A stretch of DNA of 64,000 nt, from contig CAVTBU010000004.1 in assembly GCA_963733035.1 (NCBI GenBank), positions 421,619 to 485,618 on the forward strand. The letters are read 5' to 3'. The notes under the pieces were generated by a model. That model saw only the letters and a program-made list of their open reading frames with translations, ran no database searches and was not told where the DNA came from. The position numbers and the translations under genes are program-made. Source of the DNA: Pirellulales bacterium. Its GTDB lineage: Bacteria; Planctomycetota; Planctomycetia; Pirellulales; PALSA-1355. Positions within the stretch are counted from its first letter, which is position 1. Each line of letters begins with the position of its first letter. Shown in pieces: positions 21,843 to 32,216 of the stretch.

Positions 21843-23429
21843 ATGTCGATTCCCGGAATCACGATCAACCCGTACGACGAACTCCCGTTTCCCACCCAGC
21901 CGTTGCCTCAAAGTCATCCGGACCGGTTGGCAGCCGTTGCGCATTTGTTTGGAATCCCCTCGCCACCGGCAAGTCGCTGCCGGGTGCTGGAGTTGGGCTG
22001 CGCCACCGGCTGCAACATCATTCCCATGGCGGACCGCTTTCCCGAAAGCGAGTTCGTGGGTGTCGACTACTCGCGCTCACAGTTGCTTGTTGGCGAGCGT
22101 CAGGCTGCTCAGCTTCAGCTATCAAACCTCAAGCTGCTGCATGCCAATCTGGCGGATCTGGGCAACTCGCTCGGACAGTTCGACTACATCATTTGCCACG
22201 GCGTCTTCTCCTGGGTGTCGACGGATCTACAGGACAAGATTCTGGAGCTGTGCCGCTCGTTGCTTACGCCACAAGGCGTTGGTTACATCAGCTACAACGT
22301 CTATCCGGGCTGGCATATGCGGATGTCGCTGCGAGATATGATCTTGAGCAGTACGTCGGATTGCGCCGGTATCAACGAACGACTCGCAAAAGGGCGCGAA
22401 GTGCTCGAATTCGTGGCCAAAGCAGCCGCGCGCGAGGCGACACCCTATGCCCAGCTTCTCAAGGCGGACGCCGAGACCATCCTCAAGACGCCGGACGGCT
22501 ATATCTACCACGAGTATTTTGAGGCCGAAAATCATCCCATCTACTTCCACGAATTTGCTTCGCGTATTTCTCGCTACGATCTGCAATATCTCGGCGAGAC
22601 GTCGCTGGCACTGATGTTCATGAGCAACTTCGGGCCACACGTGGAAGACCAGTCAACGAAAATGGGCCTCGACCTGGTCGCCACTGAACAGCATCTGGAT
22701 GTGATTGCCAACAGCGGCTTTCGCCAGTCGCTCGTTTGTCACTCGAACATTACCCCAAACAGAAACCTTTCAGATAAGAGCCTCGAAGGACTGTACTTCT
22801 ATGGTCGCATGGCACCCGAGAATCCGGCCATTGACCTGCGAGCCACGGGCACGGAAGCGTTTCAGTCGCCAAGAGGACTAACCCTCTCCACATCCGCTCC
22901 GGCGCTCAAGGCCGCGCTCTGCTATATGAACGATCAATGGCCGCGTGCGTTTACACTGGACGAGTTGCTCGTGGCCGCGGGCCGCCTGGTCGGGGTGCAA
23001 GAGACCGCTGCCAGTCGCCCACCCGAGGCAGCAAGAGAAGCCTTCGGACAAAACCTCGCGCGTTGCCTGGTAAACGGCCTCATCGATGCCAACAGCGCCC
23101 CGGACGACTTCGTCAGCACGATCAGTGAACGTCCCCAAGCAAGCCGCCTGGCTCGGCTTGAAGCACAAGGGGGGAACACGATTACAAATCGTCGTCACGA
23201 GTCGGTCAAAATCGACGACGCCAGTCGACATATTCTCATGTATCTCGACGGTCAACATGACTGGCCGGCACTATTGCAGGAGCTGATCGAAGCCGTTAAT
23301 CGAGGCGACGTTTCGATTCTGGTGGGCGGTCTGCCCGCGAAAGACGGCCATGCCGTGGCGCAAATCCTGGAACAAACCCTCAATCAGTCCTTACAAAGCC
23401 TCGCCGCCAATTCCCTGTTGATCGCATAA
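21843..23429 (+). CDS. Class I SAM methyltransferase with methyltransferase-regulatory domain (PKMT-like), copy 1
   Basis: PYD..P, RVLELGCATG.N, FVGVD, FDYIICHGVFSWV, ISYNVYPGW, YIYHEYFE..N.P.YF, FRQSL, NRRH...LDG. Confidence 0.88.
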   Translation: MSIPGITINPYDELPFPTQPLPQSHPDRLAAVAHLFGIPSPPASRCRVLELGCATGCNIIPMADRFPESEFVGVDYSRSQLLVGERQAAQLQLSNLKLLHANLADLGNSLGQFDYIICHGVFSWVSTDLQDKILELCRSLLTPQGVGYISYNVYPGWHMRMSLRDMILSSTSDCAGINERLAKGREVLEFVAKAAAREATPYAQLLKADAETILKTPDGYIYHEYFEAENHPIYFHEFASRISRYDLQYLGETSLALMFMSNFGPHVEDQSTKMGLDLVATEQHLDVIANSGFRQSLVCHSNITPNRNLSDKSLEGLYFYGRMAPENPAIDLRATGTEAFQSPRGLTLSTSAPALKAALCYMNDQWPRAFTLDELLVAAGRLVGVQETAASRPPEAAREAFGQNLARCLVNGLIDANSAPDDFVSTISERPQASRLARLEAQGGNTITNRRHESVKIDDASRHILMYLDGQHDWPALLQELIEAVNRGDVSILVGGLPAKDGHAVAQILEQTLNQSLQSLAANSLLIA

Positions 23430-23494
23430 CTGGGGGCAGCCACCGATTCGGGGCCATCATCGAGACGAATTCACCGAATTCCCAAAGCCGAACG

Positions 23495-25067
23495 ATGTCG
23501 CAAACCTTGGCTCAGCCGTACGACAATGTCCGTTTTCCCAGTTTGCCAATCGCGCGCTCACAGCCCGACTTCCTGGCCAGCGTCGCACAACTACGAGGCG
23601 TTCGGCCCACCGCGCCAAGTCGCGCGCGTGCTCGAATTAGGATGCGCCGCCGGACAGAATCTGTTGCCGCTCGCCGAGCGGTTTCCCGAGGCAAGCTTTG
23701 TGGGAGTGGACATCTCTCCCAATGAAATAGCCGCCGCGAAACAGCTGGCCGGCGAATTGGAACTGTCGAACGTCGAGTTCCGACAGCAGGACATTCTTGC
23801 CGTCGATGCCTCGCTTGGCACGTTCGATTACATCGTGGCCCACGGCGTTTACTCTTGGGTCGAGCAGCCCGTGCGCGAAAAACTCCTGACGATTTGCCGA
23901 GACAATCTGGCCGCCCAGGGAGTCGCATACGTCAACTACAAAACCTATCCAGGTTGGCGCCTGCACGACATGGTCCGTCACATGATGCTTTACGACTCGC
24001 GGAATGCCGCTAGTTCTGCGGAGAAAATGACTCGCGTGCGGATGTTCCTCGATTTTCTCTCTCAGTGTTTCGACAACGACACGGCATACAGCCAACTGAT
24101 CCGGCAAGAAACGCAGCCGCTGGCCCTGCAAAGCGACGCTTATCTCTGGCACGACCATCTGGCTCCGGTAAGCCACCCGGTACGCTTCGAGCAGTTCGCT
24201 TCCGAATCAGAGAAGCACGACTTGCAGATTCTTGGCGAGGCAACGCTGGGCATCCGGCCGACCGACTCGTTAGACGCCGATCTTGAACAACAGCTTGCCG
24301 CGATTACTTCCGACCCGATCAAACAAGAACAGCTGCGCAACATGGTCCGCAACCGCGCCTTGCGTCAATCGCTGTTATGTCATCGCGAAATCGAGCTTAG
24401 TCCAACCATGTCGTCGGAGTTGCTGCTAGGCATGTATCTGGCCGGCAACCTGCGGCCCACGACCGCGACGGTGGACCTCGCCTCCACGGATGTCGCCCAT
24501 TTCACGTCCGTCGGCGGCGCGAGGGTCGGCACCGCGCTCCCGTTGGCCAAAGCGGCCCTCCTGCATCTCGGTGAAATCTGGCCATCGTCAATCAGGACGG
24601 AGGAACTGCTGTCGGCCGCCGCCGCAAGAATTGACGAAACCACCGCAGCGGCGACACTGCCGCCCGATAGTATTCATCGACTGCGCGACAACCTGCTGCA
24701 TTGTTGCCTGGCCCAGGTCGTGCAGGTTCGGGCGGAACCCGACGCGTTTGTCCCGCGGCCAAGCGATCGCCCGATGGCCAGTCCCCTGGCGCGGTGGAGG
24801 GCCGCTCGCACGGATATCGTGGCCAATCGTCGACACGACGCGGTTAAATTGGACTCGTTCGATCGGCACGTGTTGTGCTTGCTCGACGGCGAACACGACA
24901 CCGATCAACTGCTTGAACAATTGGTCCAGGCGGCCGAGAAGGGGCAGCTCGTGGTGACCGATAGCGAGCGTCACGCGAAGTCTGGCGCTGAGGTGCGTCA
25001 GGCGTTTGCCGAAGCGCTGCCGGAGGCGCTCAACCGGCTCGCCCACTCCGCGCTGCTGATAGCCTAG
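23495..25067 (+). CDS. Class I SAM methyltransferase (PKMT-like), copy 2, frameshift near 23625
   Basis: MSQTLAQPYD... joins RVLELGCAAG; FDYIVAHGVYSWV, YKTYPGW, RQSLLC, NRRH...LDG; paralogue of upstream gene along full length. Confidence 0.86.
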
Positions 25068-25090
25068 TGCAACGTGCTCCGCGGCAGACT

Positions 25091-26788
25091 TTAGCCGCGC
25101 AGGGAACTGAGCACGAGCGCGGGCAGCTTCCACACGGAAGGTTGGTGGTACAGTCCGAGTACCTTCCAGGCGATCGGCTCGGGATCGCGATGGGTCGGAA
25201 ACCAGAATGGCTTCGGCCAGATGGAAATGGGACCTTCCAGCACCGTCTTCAGCACGTGCTGCAACATAAACGTATTGTGCACCGACCCAATCCCACTCTG
25301 CACGTTGGCTAGCGCTGTCGAGGGGTATCCGCCCCAAGGCGGGCTCATCATCGCATAGACTAGTGCGGGCCAATGGTTCACGCCCACGGCGCCGTGCCGC
25401 AGATTGGAGAGCGCGGCATTGAAGCAAGCCGCGCCCGCCGGATCACGGCGAAAGGTCGGATGCACGGTGATCGCCGCGCTCAGCGTCCCCCACAGATTTT
25501 CGTTGGCAAACTCGACCGCCCGGTCGACGAAGTCGCGTTCGTTGTCAGCCGCGAGCGACGTTTCGGCACATACGCACACAAAGGATTCTTCGCAAAACAG
25601 TTGGGGTGCCCGCTCGGGATCGGTATCGCGCATGAGCGTCCAGGGCAACGTTCCCGAGGAGTCGTCCGGGGCCGCCCGTCCGGTAAACTTTTCGAAGCGC
25701 TCGCGTGCCCCGGGATAGTAGGCCTTGCGCGGCGGCACCCGGCCGAGCACGTCGTTGACCAGATCCAGAAAATGCTGCCGCTGCGGCCAATTCTCCCAAG
25801 TGACGATCATCTTCGTCGCCACGCAGTTGAACGACGCGTTGTTTGCGATCGAGGCGGCAACGTTCTCCGCCTGGAACTTCAGTTGGGCTTCTGAGTAAGG
25901 TCCGGGAACGATGATCCAGGGGCTCACGTTTCCCAATTCGCTCGTGATAGGCTTCTTGAGCACCGGATCGTTCTCGCGCTTCCGCCGCTCCCGGTCCGGC
26001 CCGGGCGGTCCCCAGACAATCGCATCGTGGGAATGGATCGAGCCGGTGATGTGAACTTCGTCGACGCCCGCATGTTCCACCGCCGCCGCCCCCACGTCGG
26101 CGCCCCCGTAGATGATACGCACATACCCGTAATCGACGAGTCGCGCGAACAACCGCTGGAAAATCGGCCCCAGATACTCGTTCACGGGGTTCATCTTCAG
26201 CAAGACGACATGCCCCTCTTGAAAGATCTTCGAAACGGCGTCGGTCGCGGGAATGCTCGAAACGTTGCCGGCGCCAAGCACGAGGACCGTCTTGGCCGGC
26301 GCCAAACTTTGCAGATGACTTCCCAGCCGGTCGAGTTCCTGCCGAGTTACCTCGGGGCCCAGCACTGCGGTGGCCTTGAAACCCGCAAAGACCAGCGAGT
26401 CGAACAGCCCCCGCACCGGCATCACCTGCACGCCCAACGACCCATCGGGAAGTTGCTTCGGCGCGGCCGGCAGCACGATGTGGCCGTTCTGCTCGATTGA
26501 GCGGTAGTTGTCGATCAGCAGTCTCAGGTGACGGGCGGTCGCCACCGGACCGTTGGCAATCTCTTCCGCCCGCATCGGGCTGCCGGCCGGAATGCCCTTG
26601 GCCTCGCATGCGGCTTCGACCCATTCGGGAGAGACTTGCATGAGGCGATCCAGACAGTCCTCCAGCAGCGCGCGTCTTTCGTTCAGCGACGTCGCACTCA
26701 GCCGCTCCCGGGCGGCATGCAATTCGCTAACGCATTGATCGACGTGTTCGGTGGGGCTCGGAGACTGCTTCACTGTCAGGGTGGACAT
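25091..26788 (-). CDS. Aldehyde dehydrogenase family protein
   Basis: LGAGN, LKMNP, HITGS, SELGNV, catalytic NASFNC, EESF. Confidence 0.88.
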   Translation of the reverse strand: MSTLTVKQSPSPTEHVDQCVSELHAARERLSATSLNERRALLEDCLDRLMQVSPEWVEAACEAKGIPAGSPMRAEEIANGPVATARHLRLLIDNYRSIEQNGHIVLPAAPKQLPDGSLGVQVMPVRGLFDSLVFAGFKATAVLGPEVTRQELDRLGSHLQSLAPAKTVLVLGAGNVSSIPATDAVSKIFQEGHVVLLKMNPVNEYLGPIFQRLFARLVDYGYVRIIYGGADVGAAAVEHAGVDEVHITGSIHSHDAIVWGPPGPDRERRKRENDPVLKKPITSELGNVSPWIIVPGPYSEAQLKFQAENVAASIANNASFNCVATKMIVTWENWPQRQHFLDLVNDVLGRVPPRKAYYPGARERFEKFTGRAAPDDSSGTLPWTLMRDTDPERAPQLFCEESFVCVCAETSLAADNERDFVDRAVEFANENLWGTLSAAITVHPTFRRDPAGAACFNAALSNLRHGAVGVNHWPALVYAMMSPPWGGYPSTALANVQSGIGSVHNTFMLQHVLKTVLEGPISIWPKPFWFPTHRDPEPIAWKVLGLYHQPSVWKLPALVLSSLRG

Positions 26789-28404
26789 ACGACACCTGTT
26801 TGCTGATTGACGTCGGCCGCCTGCTTGGGCGGTATGTTACTGGCGATCCATTCGCTGAGGGCGCAAATGGTGAGGCTCGGATTGACGCTCAAGTTAACCG
26901 GCACCACCGAACCATCGGCAATGTAAAAGTTATCATATCCAAACGCTCGGCCAAACTTGTCGATGACGCCTTCCGACGGTTCAGGCCCCATCGGACACCC
27001 CCCAAGAATATGAGCCGTTGACGATAGATTAAACATCACCTCGCCCAGCCCGCCAATCGTATCGCCGTCCATCTTGTCCGCGAGCCGCTTGGCCACTTCA
27101 CCCGCCAGGGGGATGTATTTTGGTACCTTTTCGGGCGAATCCCACACCGAATCGACACTGCGACGGAAAGGCCAAAACCATCGCCGCCGCAGGTTGAGGC
27201 TCATGTGGCTAGGGAACGTCTGCATCACCAACAGAATGCCCGTTTTGCGCGCGAACCCAAACGGATTGCTGACTCGCAAGAACTTCAGCGGATGGCGGAC
27301 GATCTCGCCCAACCAACGCAGCGGTCGCGGCCACGGCCGTCCATCGGCGACGAGAATCGTCGTGATTAGCGACATGAAGTCCTGCCCGCGGCCGTAGCGC
27401 ACCATTTCGACATGGGTGTCGGTCATCGGGTAAAATCCCGACGCAATGGCCACCCCGCGCGAGTAGTCGACGCCGCGACGGCGACTTTTGGCACCCACCA
27501 GAGCTTCACTGTTGGTGCGTACGTAGGTTCCCAGCCGATCGGACAATCGCGGCAGGGAACCGCGCTCTTTGCATTTGAGCAACAGCGGTACCGTGCCCAG
27601 CACGCCACCGGAGAGGAAAATACCGCGAGCGCGAAAAGTACGTCGGCGTTTGAACGCCACGTCGGTGATCTTCCGCGTTTCAACGGCGTAGCCCCCTTCG
27701 GGCAACTCGCGAATATCGAGCACCTCGGTCTCGGGGACAACCTGGGCGCCGAGTTGCTCGGCCAGATAAAGATAGTTCTTGTCGAGCGTGTTTTTTGCTT
27801 CGTACCGGCAGCCGACCATGCAGCCGCCACATTCCACGCAGCCGCTGCGCCGGGGACCGCGCCCGTCAAAATACGGGTCGGCCACCTGCTTGCCGGGCTC
27901 ACCGAAAAAAACGCCTACCTGGGTCGGTTGATAGGTCGCGCCGCGTCCCATCTCCTCGGCAATTTCATGCAGCATGTGATCTGTCTCGGTCGGACAAATC
28001 GCTGTGGTTGCACCGAGCATCCGTTGGGCGGTGGCATAGTGCGGCGCCAGATCGGCTTTCCAGTTTCCCAGCCGGCTCCAACGTGGATCGTCAAACACGA
28101 CGTCGGGCGGAATCAACAGGGTGTTGGCATAAACCAGGCTCCCGCCCCCCACCCCGCAGCCGTGCAAGATCATCACGTCGCGGAGCATGGTGATGGCTTG
28201 GATGCCAAAGCAGCGTAGCAAAGGGGCCCAGAGGAACTTGCGGATGTTCCAGTTGGTGCGGGGGAAATCACCGGCTCGCCAGCGCTTGCCCCGTTCGAGG
28301 ACGCCTACCGAATAGCCTTTCTCCGACAAGCGAAGCGCCGAGACGCTGCCGCCAAATCCGGAGCCAATGATCAGATAGTCAAAATCGTAGTGAACGCCGC
28401 CCAT
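26776..28404 (-). CDS. GMC oxidoreductase, cholesterol oxidase (ChoD)-like
   Basis: IIGSGFGGSVSALRL, GVGGGSLVYAN, CVECGGCMVGC, TAHILGG, VNPSLTI. Confidence 0.88.
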   Translation of the reverse strand: MGGVHYDFDYLIIGSGFGGSVSALRLSEKGYSVGVLERGKRWRAGDFPRTNWNIRKFLWAPLLRCFGIQAITMLRDVMILHGCGVGGGSLVYANTLLIPPDVVFDDPRWSRLGNWKADLAPHYATAQRMLGATTAICPTETDHMLHEIAEEMGRGATYQPTQVGVFFGEPGKQVADPYFDGRGPRRSGCVECGGCMVGCRYEAKNTLDKNYLYLAEQLGAQVVPETEVLDIRELPEGGYAVETRKITDVAFKRRRTFRARGIFLSGGVLGTVPLLLKCKERGSLPRLSDRLGTYVRTNSEALVGAKSRRRGVDYSRGVAIASGFYPMTDTHVEMVRYGRGQDFMSLITTILVADGRPWPRPLRWLGEIVRHPLKFLRVSNPFGFARKTGILLVMQTFPSHMSLNLRRRWFWPFRRSVDSVWDSPEKVPKYIPLAGEVAKRLADKMDGDTIGGLGEVMFNLSSTAHILGGCPMGPEPSEGVIDKFGRAFGYDNFYIADGSVVPVNLSVNPSLTICALSEWIASNIPPKQAADVNQQTGVVCPP

Positions 28405-28522
28405 GGCCATCATGTTAGCCGCGGCAGCGCCAAAGCCGAAGCAGAATTCCGACGCGCTTCGTCGCCAGTTGGCAGGGCTTCCCATCTGTCAGTCAACGTA
28501 CACGCCGGGTAAAATGCGAGGC

Positions 28523-29941
28523 ATGGCATATTCGAGCACGGTCCGCTCCGAGCGGTTTCATTTCACCGGCCTCCGCGAGTTGTTGGCCAAGGCCAATGAG
28601 GAGAAGTCCGGCGATGCCTTGGCCGGTATCGCCGCCGCCAACCATCGCGAGCGGGTCGCCGCCAAACGGGCCTTAGCCGATTTACCGCTGCGGCAGCTTC
28701 TCAACCAGCCACTTATCGACCCGGACGTCGACGAGGTCAGCCGGTTAATTCTCGCTTCGCACGACTCACAGGCCTTCGCGCCGCTGGCCAGCCAGACGGT
28801 GGGGGAGTTTCGTGAGTGGCTCTTGGACGACGCGACGGATGGCGACCGATTGAAATCCGTCCAAGCGGGAATCACGCCTGAGATGGCGGCCGCGGCGGCG
28901 AAGTTGATGAGCAACAAGGATTTGGTGCTGGTGGCGGCCAAGATTCGCAACGTCACCCGCTGCCGCAATACGCTCGGGCAGCGAGGCGTGCTGGGCATGC
29001 GTTTGCAGCCCAATCATCCCGCCGACGATTTGGGCGGAATCCTGCTTTCCGCCGTCGAGGGGCTGCTTTACGGCTGCGGCGACGCCGTGATTGGAGTCAA
29101 TCCGGCAATTGAATCCGTCGATACCGTGACGGCGATCCTGCATGCCCTCGATCGTCTGATTCGAGTAACCGAAGCACCGACGCAGCACTGTGTGTTGGCT
29201 CACGTCACGACCCAGCTGGAGGCGCTCGACCGGGGCGCGCCGATTGATCTGCTGTTTCAGTCGATCGCCGGGACGCAGGCCGCCAATACCAGCTTTGGCA
29301 TCAGCCTGGCCACCCTCCGCGAGGGGCGCGAGCGGGTGCTCGAACATCATCGCAGCCGCGACGTCGCCTGGGTCGGCCAAAACCTGATGTATTTCGAAAC
29401 CGGACAAGGCAGCGCGCTATCGGCTGAGGCACATCACGGCGTCGACCAACTTACGCTCGAAGCTCGGGCCTACGGCGTCGCTCGCGCGTTCGATCCCTTT
29501 TTGGTGAATACGGTTGTTGGTTTTATCGGCCCGGAGTACTTGTACGACGAGCGACAAATTACCCGAGCGGGTCTCGAAGACCACTTCATGGGCAAGCTGC
29601 TTGGTCTGCCGATGGGCTGCGACGTATGCTACACGAACCATGCCGAGGCCGATCAGAACTCGGCCGACAACCTGCTCATGCTGCTGACCGCCGCCGGTTG
29701 CAACTACTTCATGGGTGTGCCCTGCGCCGACGACGTCATGCTGAGCTATCAGTCGACGAGCTTTCACGATGGAGCCGCGATGCGCCGTCTGTTCGGGTTG
29801 ACCCCGGCGCCGGAATTTCTGGCCTGGCTCGAAAGCCGTGGAATTTTTGAGCACGGCCAACTCGTACTGAGCGAGATTACCCGCCATCCCTTGCTCGGCC
29901 AGTTGCAAAGCGTGCTCGACGAATCGGCAAGCGTGAAGTAA
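28523..29941 (+). CDS. eutB: Ethanolamine ammonia-lyase large subunit
   Basis: LLAKANEEKSGD, RLQPNHP, GDAVIGVNP, FQSIAG, YFETGQGS, EDHFMGKL, CYTNH. Confidence 0.97.
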   Translation: MAYSSTVRSERFHFTGLRELLAKANEEKSGDALAGIAAANHRERVAAKRALADLPLRQLLNQPLIDPDVDEVSRLILASHDSQAFAPLASQTVGEFREWLLDDATDGDRLKSVQAGITPEMAAAAAKLMSNKDLVLVAAKIRNVTRCRNTLGQRGVLGMRLQPNHPADDLGGILLSAVEGLLYGCGDAVIGVNPAIESVDTVTAILHALDRLIRVTEAPTQHCVLAHVTTQLEALDRGAPIDLLFQSIAGTQAANTSFGISLATLREGRERVLEHHRSRDVAWVGQNLMYFETGQGSALSAEAHHGVDQLTLEARAYGVARAFDPFLVNTVVGFIGPEYLYDERQITRAGLEDHFMGKLLGLPMGCDVCYTNHAEADQNSADNLLMLLTAAGCNYFMGVPCADDVMLSYQSTSFHDGAAMRRLFGLTPAPEFLAWLESRGIFEHGQLVLSEITRHPLLGQLQSVLDESASVK

Positions 29942-29951
29942 GGATGAGCCG

Positions 29952-30809
29952 ATGTCGAACAAGCCTTCGCGGCCGGCACACTCGCCCCAACTACCGAACG
30001 AGACAATCACTCGGGCGCTCCAATCGCTACAAGCGCGCACGCCGGCGCGCCTCGTCGTGGGCAGAGCCGGCCCGGCATATCGCACCGCCACGCAGCTCGA
30101 ACTGCGCGAGGACCATGCCATTGCCGTCGACGCCGTCCATGCCGAAATGGATCTTGAGCGAGATTTCGGCCAGCAATTTATCTGTGAGCATGGCATCTTC
30201 GAAGTTTCAACACGAGCACGCGACAAAACAGAATATCTCCAGCAACCAATGCTCGGACGGCAATTCAGCGAAGCGGCTGGCGAAATGTTGGCAGAACGAT
30301 GTCGGGCTGCCGTCGACCTACAGATCGCGATTGGCGATGGGCTAAGCGCCGCGGCCGTGAAGGCGCAAGTTCCCGGTCTCTTGCCGCTTCTGGAGCAAGG
30401 AGCCCAGAAACGCGGATGGACGCTTGGCCAAACATTCGCCGTTCGCCACTGCCGCGTGGGAATTCTCAACGACATCGGAGCAATCCTGCGGCCGTGCATT
30501 GCCATTCTCCTGATTGGCGAGCGGCCCGGTTTAGCCACCGCCGAGAGCCTTTCGGCCTACATGGCCTTCCAACCGCGGCCGGGTCATACCGACGCCGATC
30601 GCAATTTGATTTCAAACATCCACGTCCGCGGCGTACCGGTCGAACAAGCAGCCACGCGGATCCTGGCACTGGCCGAACAGATGATGGCGGCCAACGCCAG
30701 CGGTGTGGCCATCAAAGAACAGCTCGGCGCGGCGCCGCTCGGAACGGTGCAAAGTCGGCTCGGCGATCAACCTCCGAACGCGTCGGCAGTTGGACGCGGC
30801 ACGGACTAG
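29952..30809 (+). CDS. eutC: Ethanolamine ammonia-lyase small subunit
   Basis: TPARL..GRAG, DHA.A.DAV, DGLS, LIGERPGL, DADRNLISNI. Confidence 0.95.
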   Translation: MSNKPSRPAHSPQLPNETITRALQSLQARTPARLVVGRAGPAYRTATQLELREDHAIAVDAVHAEMDLERDFGQQFICEHGIFEVSTRARDKTEYLQQPMLGRQFSEAAGEMLAERCRAAVDLQIAIGDGLSAAAVKAQVPGLLPLLEQGAQKRGWTLGQTFAVRHCRVGILNDIGAILRPCIAILLIGERPGLATAESLSAYMAFQPRPGHTDADRNLISNIHVRGVPVEQAATRILALAEQMMAANASGVAIKEQLGAAPLGTVQSRLGDQPPNASAVGRGTD

Positions 30810-31801
30810 TTCACGACGTTCCGTAGCGGCAATCCCAACAGCGCCCGGCGGCACGATTCGCTCCCTTTGGCCCGCATCTCCTCCATGCCCTCTTCGCAAT
30901 AGAACGCGGCATGAGGATTGACCAGCAACCGATGGTAGGCCGGGTGCTCCGGATTGCGCCACGCCACCAGCAGCGGGTCGTCTTCTGCCGGCGGCTCGAC
31001 TTCCAGCACGTCAATTCCGGCACCGGCCAGCTGCCCGGACGCGAGCGCATCGGGAATTGCCGAAACGTCGACCACCCCGCCGCGCGATGTATTCACCAAA
31101 AACGATCCCTTTGGCAGCTTGGCAATTTGTTCGGCGCCGATGAGGTGCTCGGTCTCGGCCGTTAACGGACAATGCGGGCTGAGAACATGGGCCTGCGACA
31201 GCAGCTCGTCGAGCGTTTCCACGCGACGCACTCCAATCGATTTGTCGCGTCCATCGGGCACATACGGATCATGGAAGACAACGTCCATGCCGAGCGCTTT
31301 GGCTCGCAGCGCCGCGGCCGTGCCGATGCGACCCAAGCCGATGATGCCAAACACTCGGCCCCGCAGTCGCCAGATGGGATAGGCCTGCTTGTAGAGCCAC
31401 TCGCCCTGCCGGTCGCGCAGTCGTGAGTTGAAGAGCGTGATGCCGCGGGTGAGCGCTAGTGTCATGCCAATCGCCGAATCGGCCACCTCCTCGGTGCCGT
31501 AATCGGGCACATTGGCCACGTCGATGCCACGTTTGCGGGCCAGCCGCCAGTCGACGTTGTCGTATCCCACCCCGCAACGAACGATGAGCTTGCAGTGCTT
31601 GAGCCGCGAAATCGACTTCTCGCTGATCGATACGGTGTGATACATCATGATCGCGTCGGCGTCCTCGATTTGGTCGACGATCTCCTCTTCGCTCGAGGCA
31701 TCCAGAGCCACGATATCGGCGATCTCGCCAAGTACGCGACGTTCCGTCTCGAGCTCACCGGCCACAAAATCAGTGATTACAACGCGGGGACGCTTGCTCA
31801 T
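30806..31801 (-). CDS. D-2-hydroxyacid dehydrogenase (CtBP-like)
   Basis: RCGVGYDNVD, NVPDYGTEEVAD, GIIGLGRIG, HCPLT, NTSRG, DVLEVEP, PHAAF. Confidence 0.92.
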   Translation of the reverse strand: MSKRPRVVITDFVAGELETERRVLGEIADIVALDASSEEEIVDQIEDADAIMMYHTVSISEKSISRLKHCKLIVRCGVGYDNVDWRLARKRGIDVANVPDYGTEEVADSAIGMTLALTRGITLFNSRLRDRQGEWLYKQAYPIWRLRGRVFGIIGLGRIGTAAALRAKALGMDVVFHDPYVPDGRDKSIGVRRVETLDELLSQAHVLSPHCPLTAETEHLIGAEQIAKLPKGSFLVNTSRGGVVDVSAIPDALASGQLAGAGIDVLEVEPPAEDDPLLVAWRNPEHPAYHRLLVNPHAAFYCEEGMEEMRAKGSESCRRALLGLPLRNVVN

Positions 31802-32216
31802 TCGCCTGTGGCCTTCCATCTCAAAGAAATTCGAATCGGACGTAACGCGAAGGTGCGAGTTTATCCGCGCGCCGTGCCGCAAGACAAGCAGGGTTTCGCA
31901 CACAAGCGGGCATTCCCGCACGGTGTGACAGCTCCTTGCAATCGGCCACTTGTCAGACCATAATCGGATGCGCCTGCTGGGGCATCTCGCGCGTTCCTCA
32001 TGATGAGCAATTCGCCTGATCCGCCCGGCAGTCCTGCCCCTTTGTGAACCTACCACGACACCCGACAACCAAGCCAAGCTGGCAAGCCAAACTGGCAAGT
32101 CACACTGGCACGCACCGTTGTCTGATCCCGCAGGGATTAAACGACTGCCAAATGCGGAAGCCGAAGTTGTCTCACCAACCACCACGCGCTTCGTTCACGA
32201 CGAACCCGAGGTAATC

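Noticed and set aside
21843..25067. RiPP cluster suggested by PqqD-like C-termini
   Set aside because: No precursor peptide, protease or transporter nearby; the domain is part of the PKMT-like architecture.
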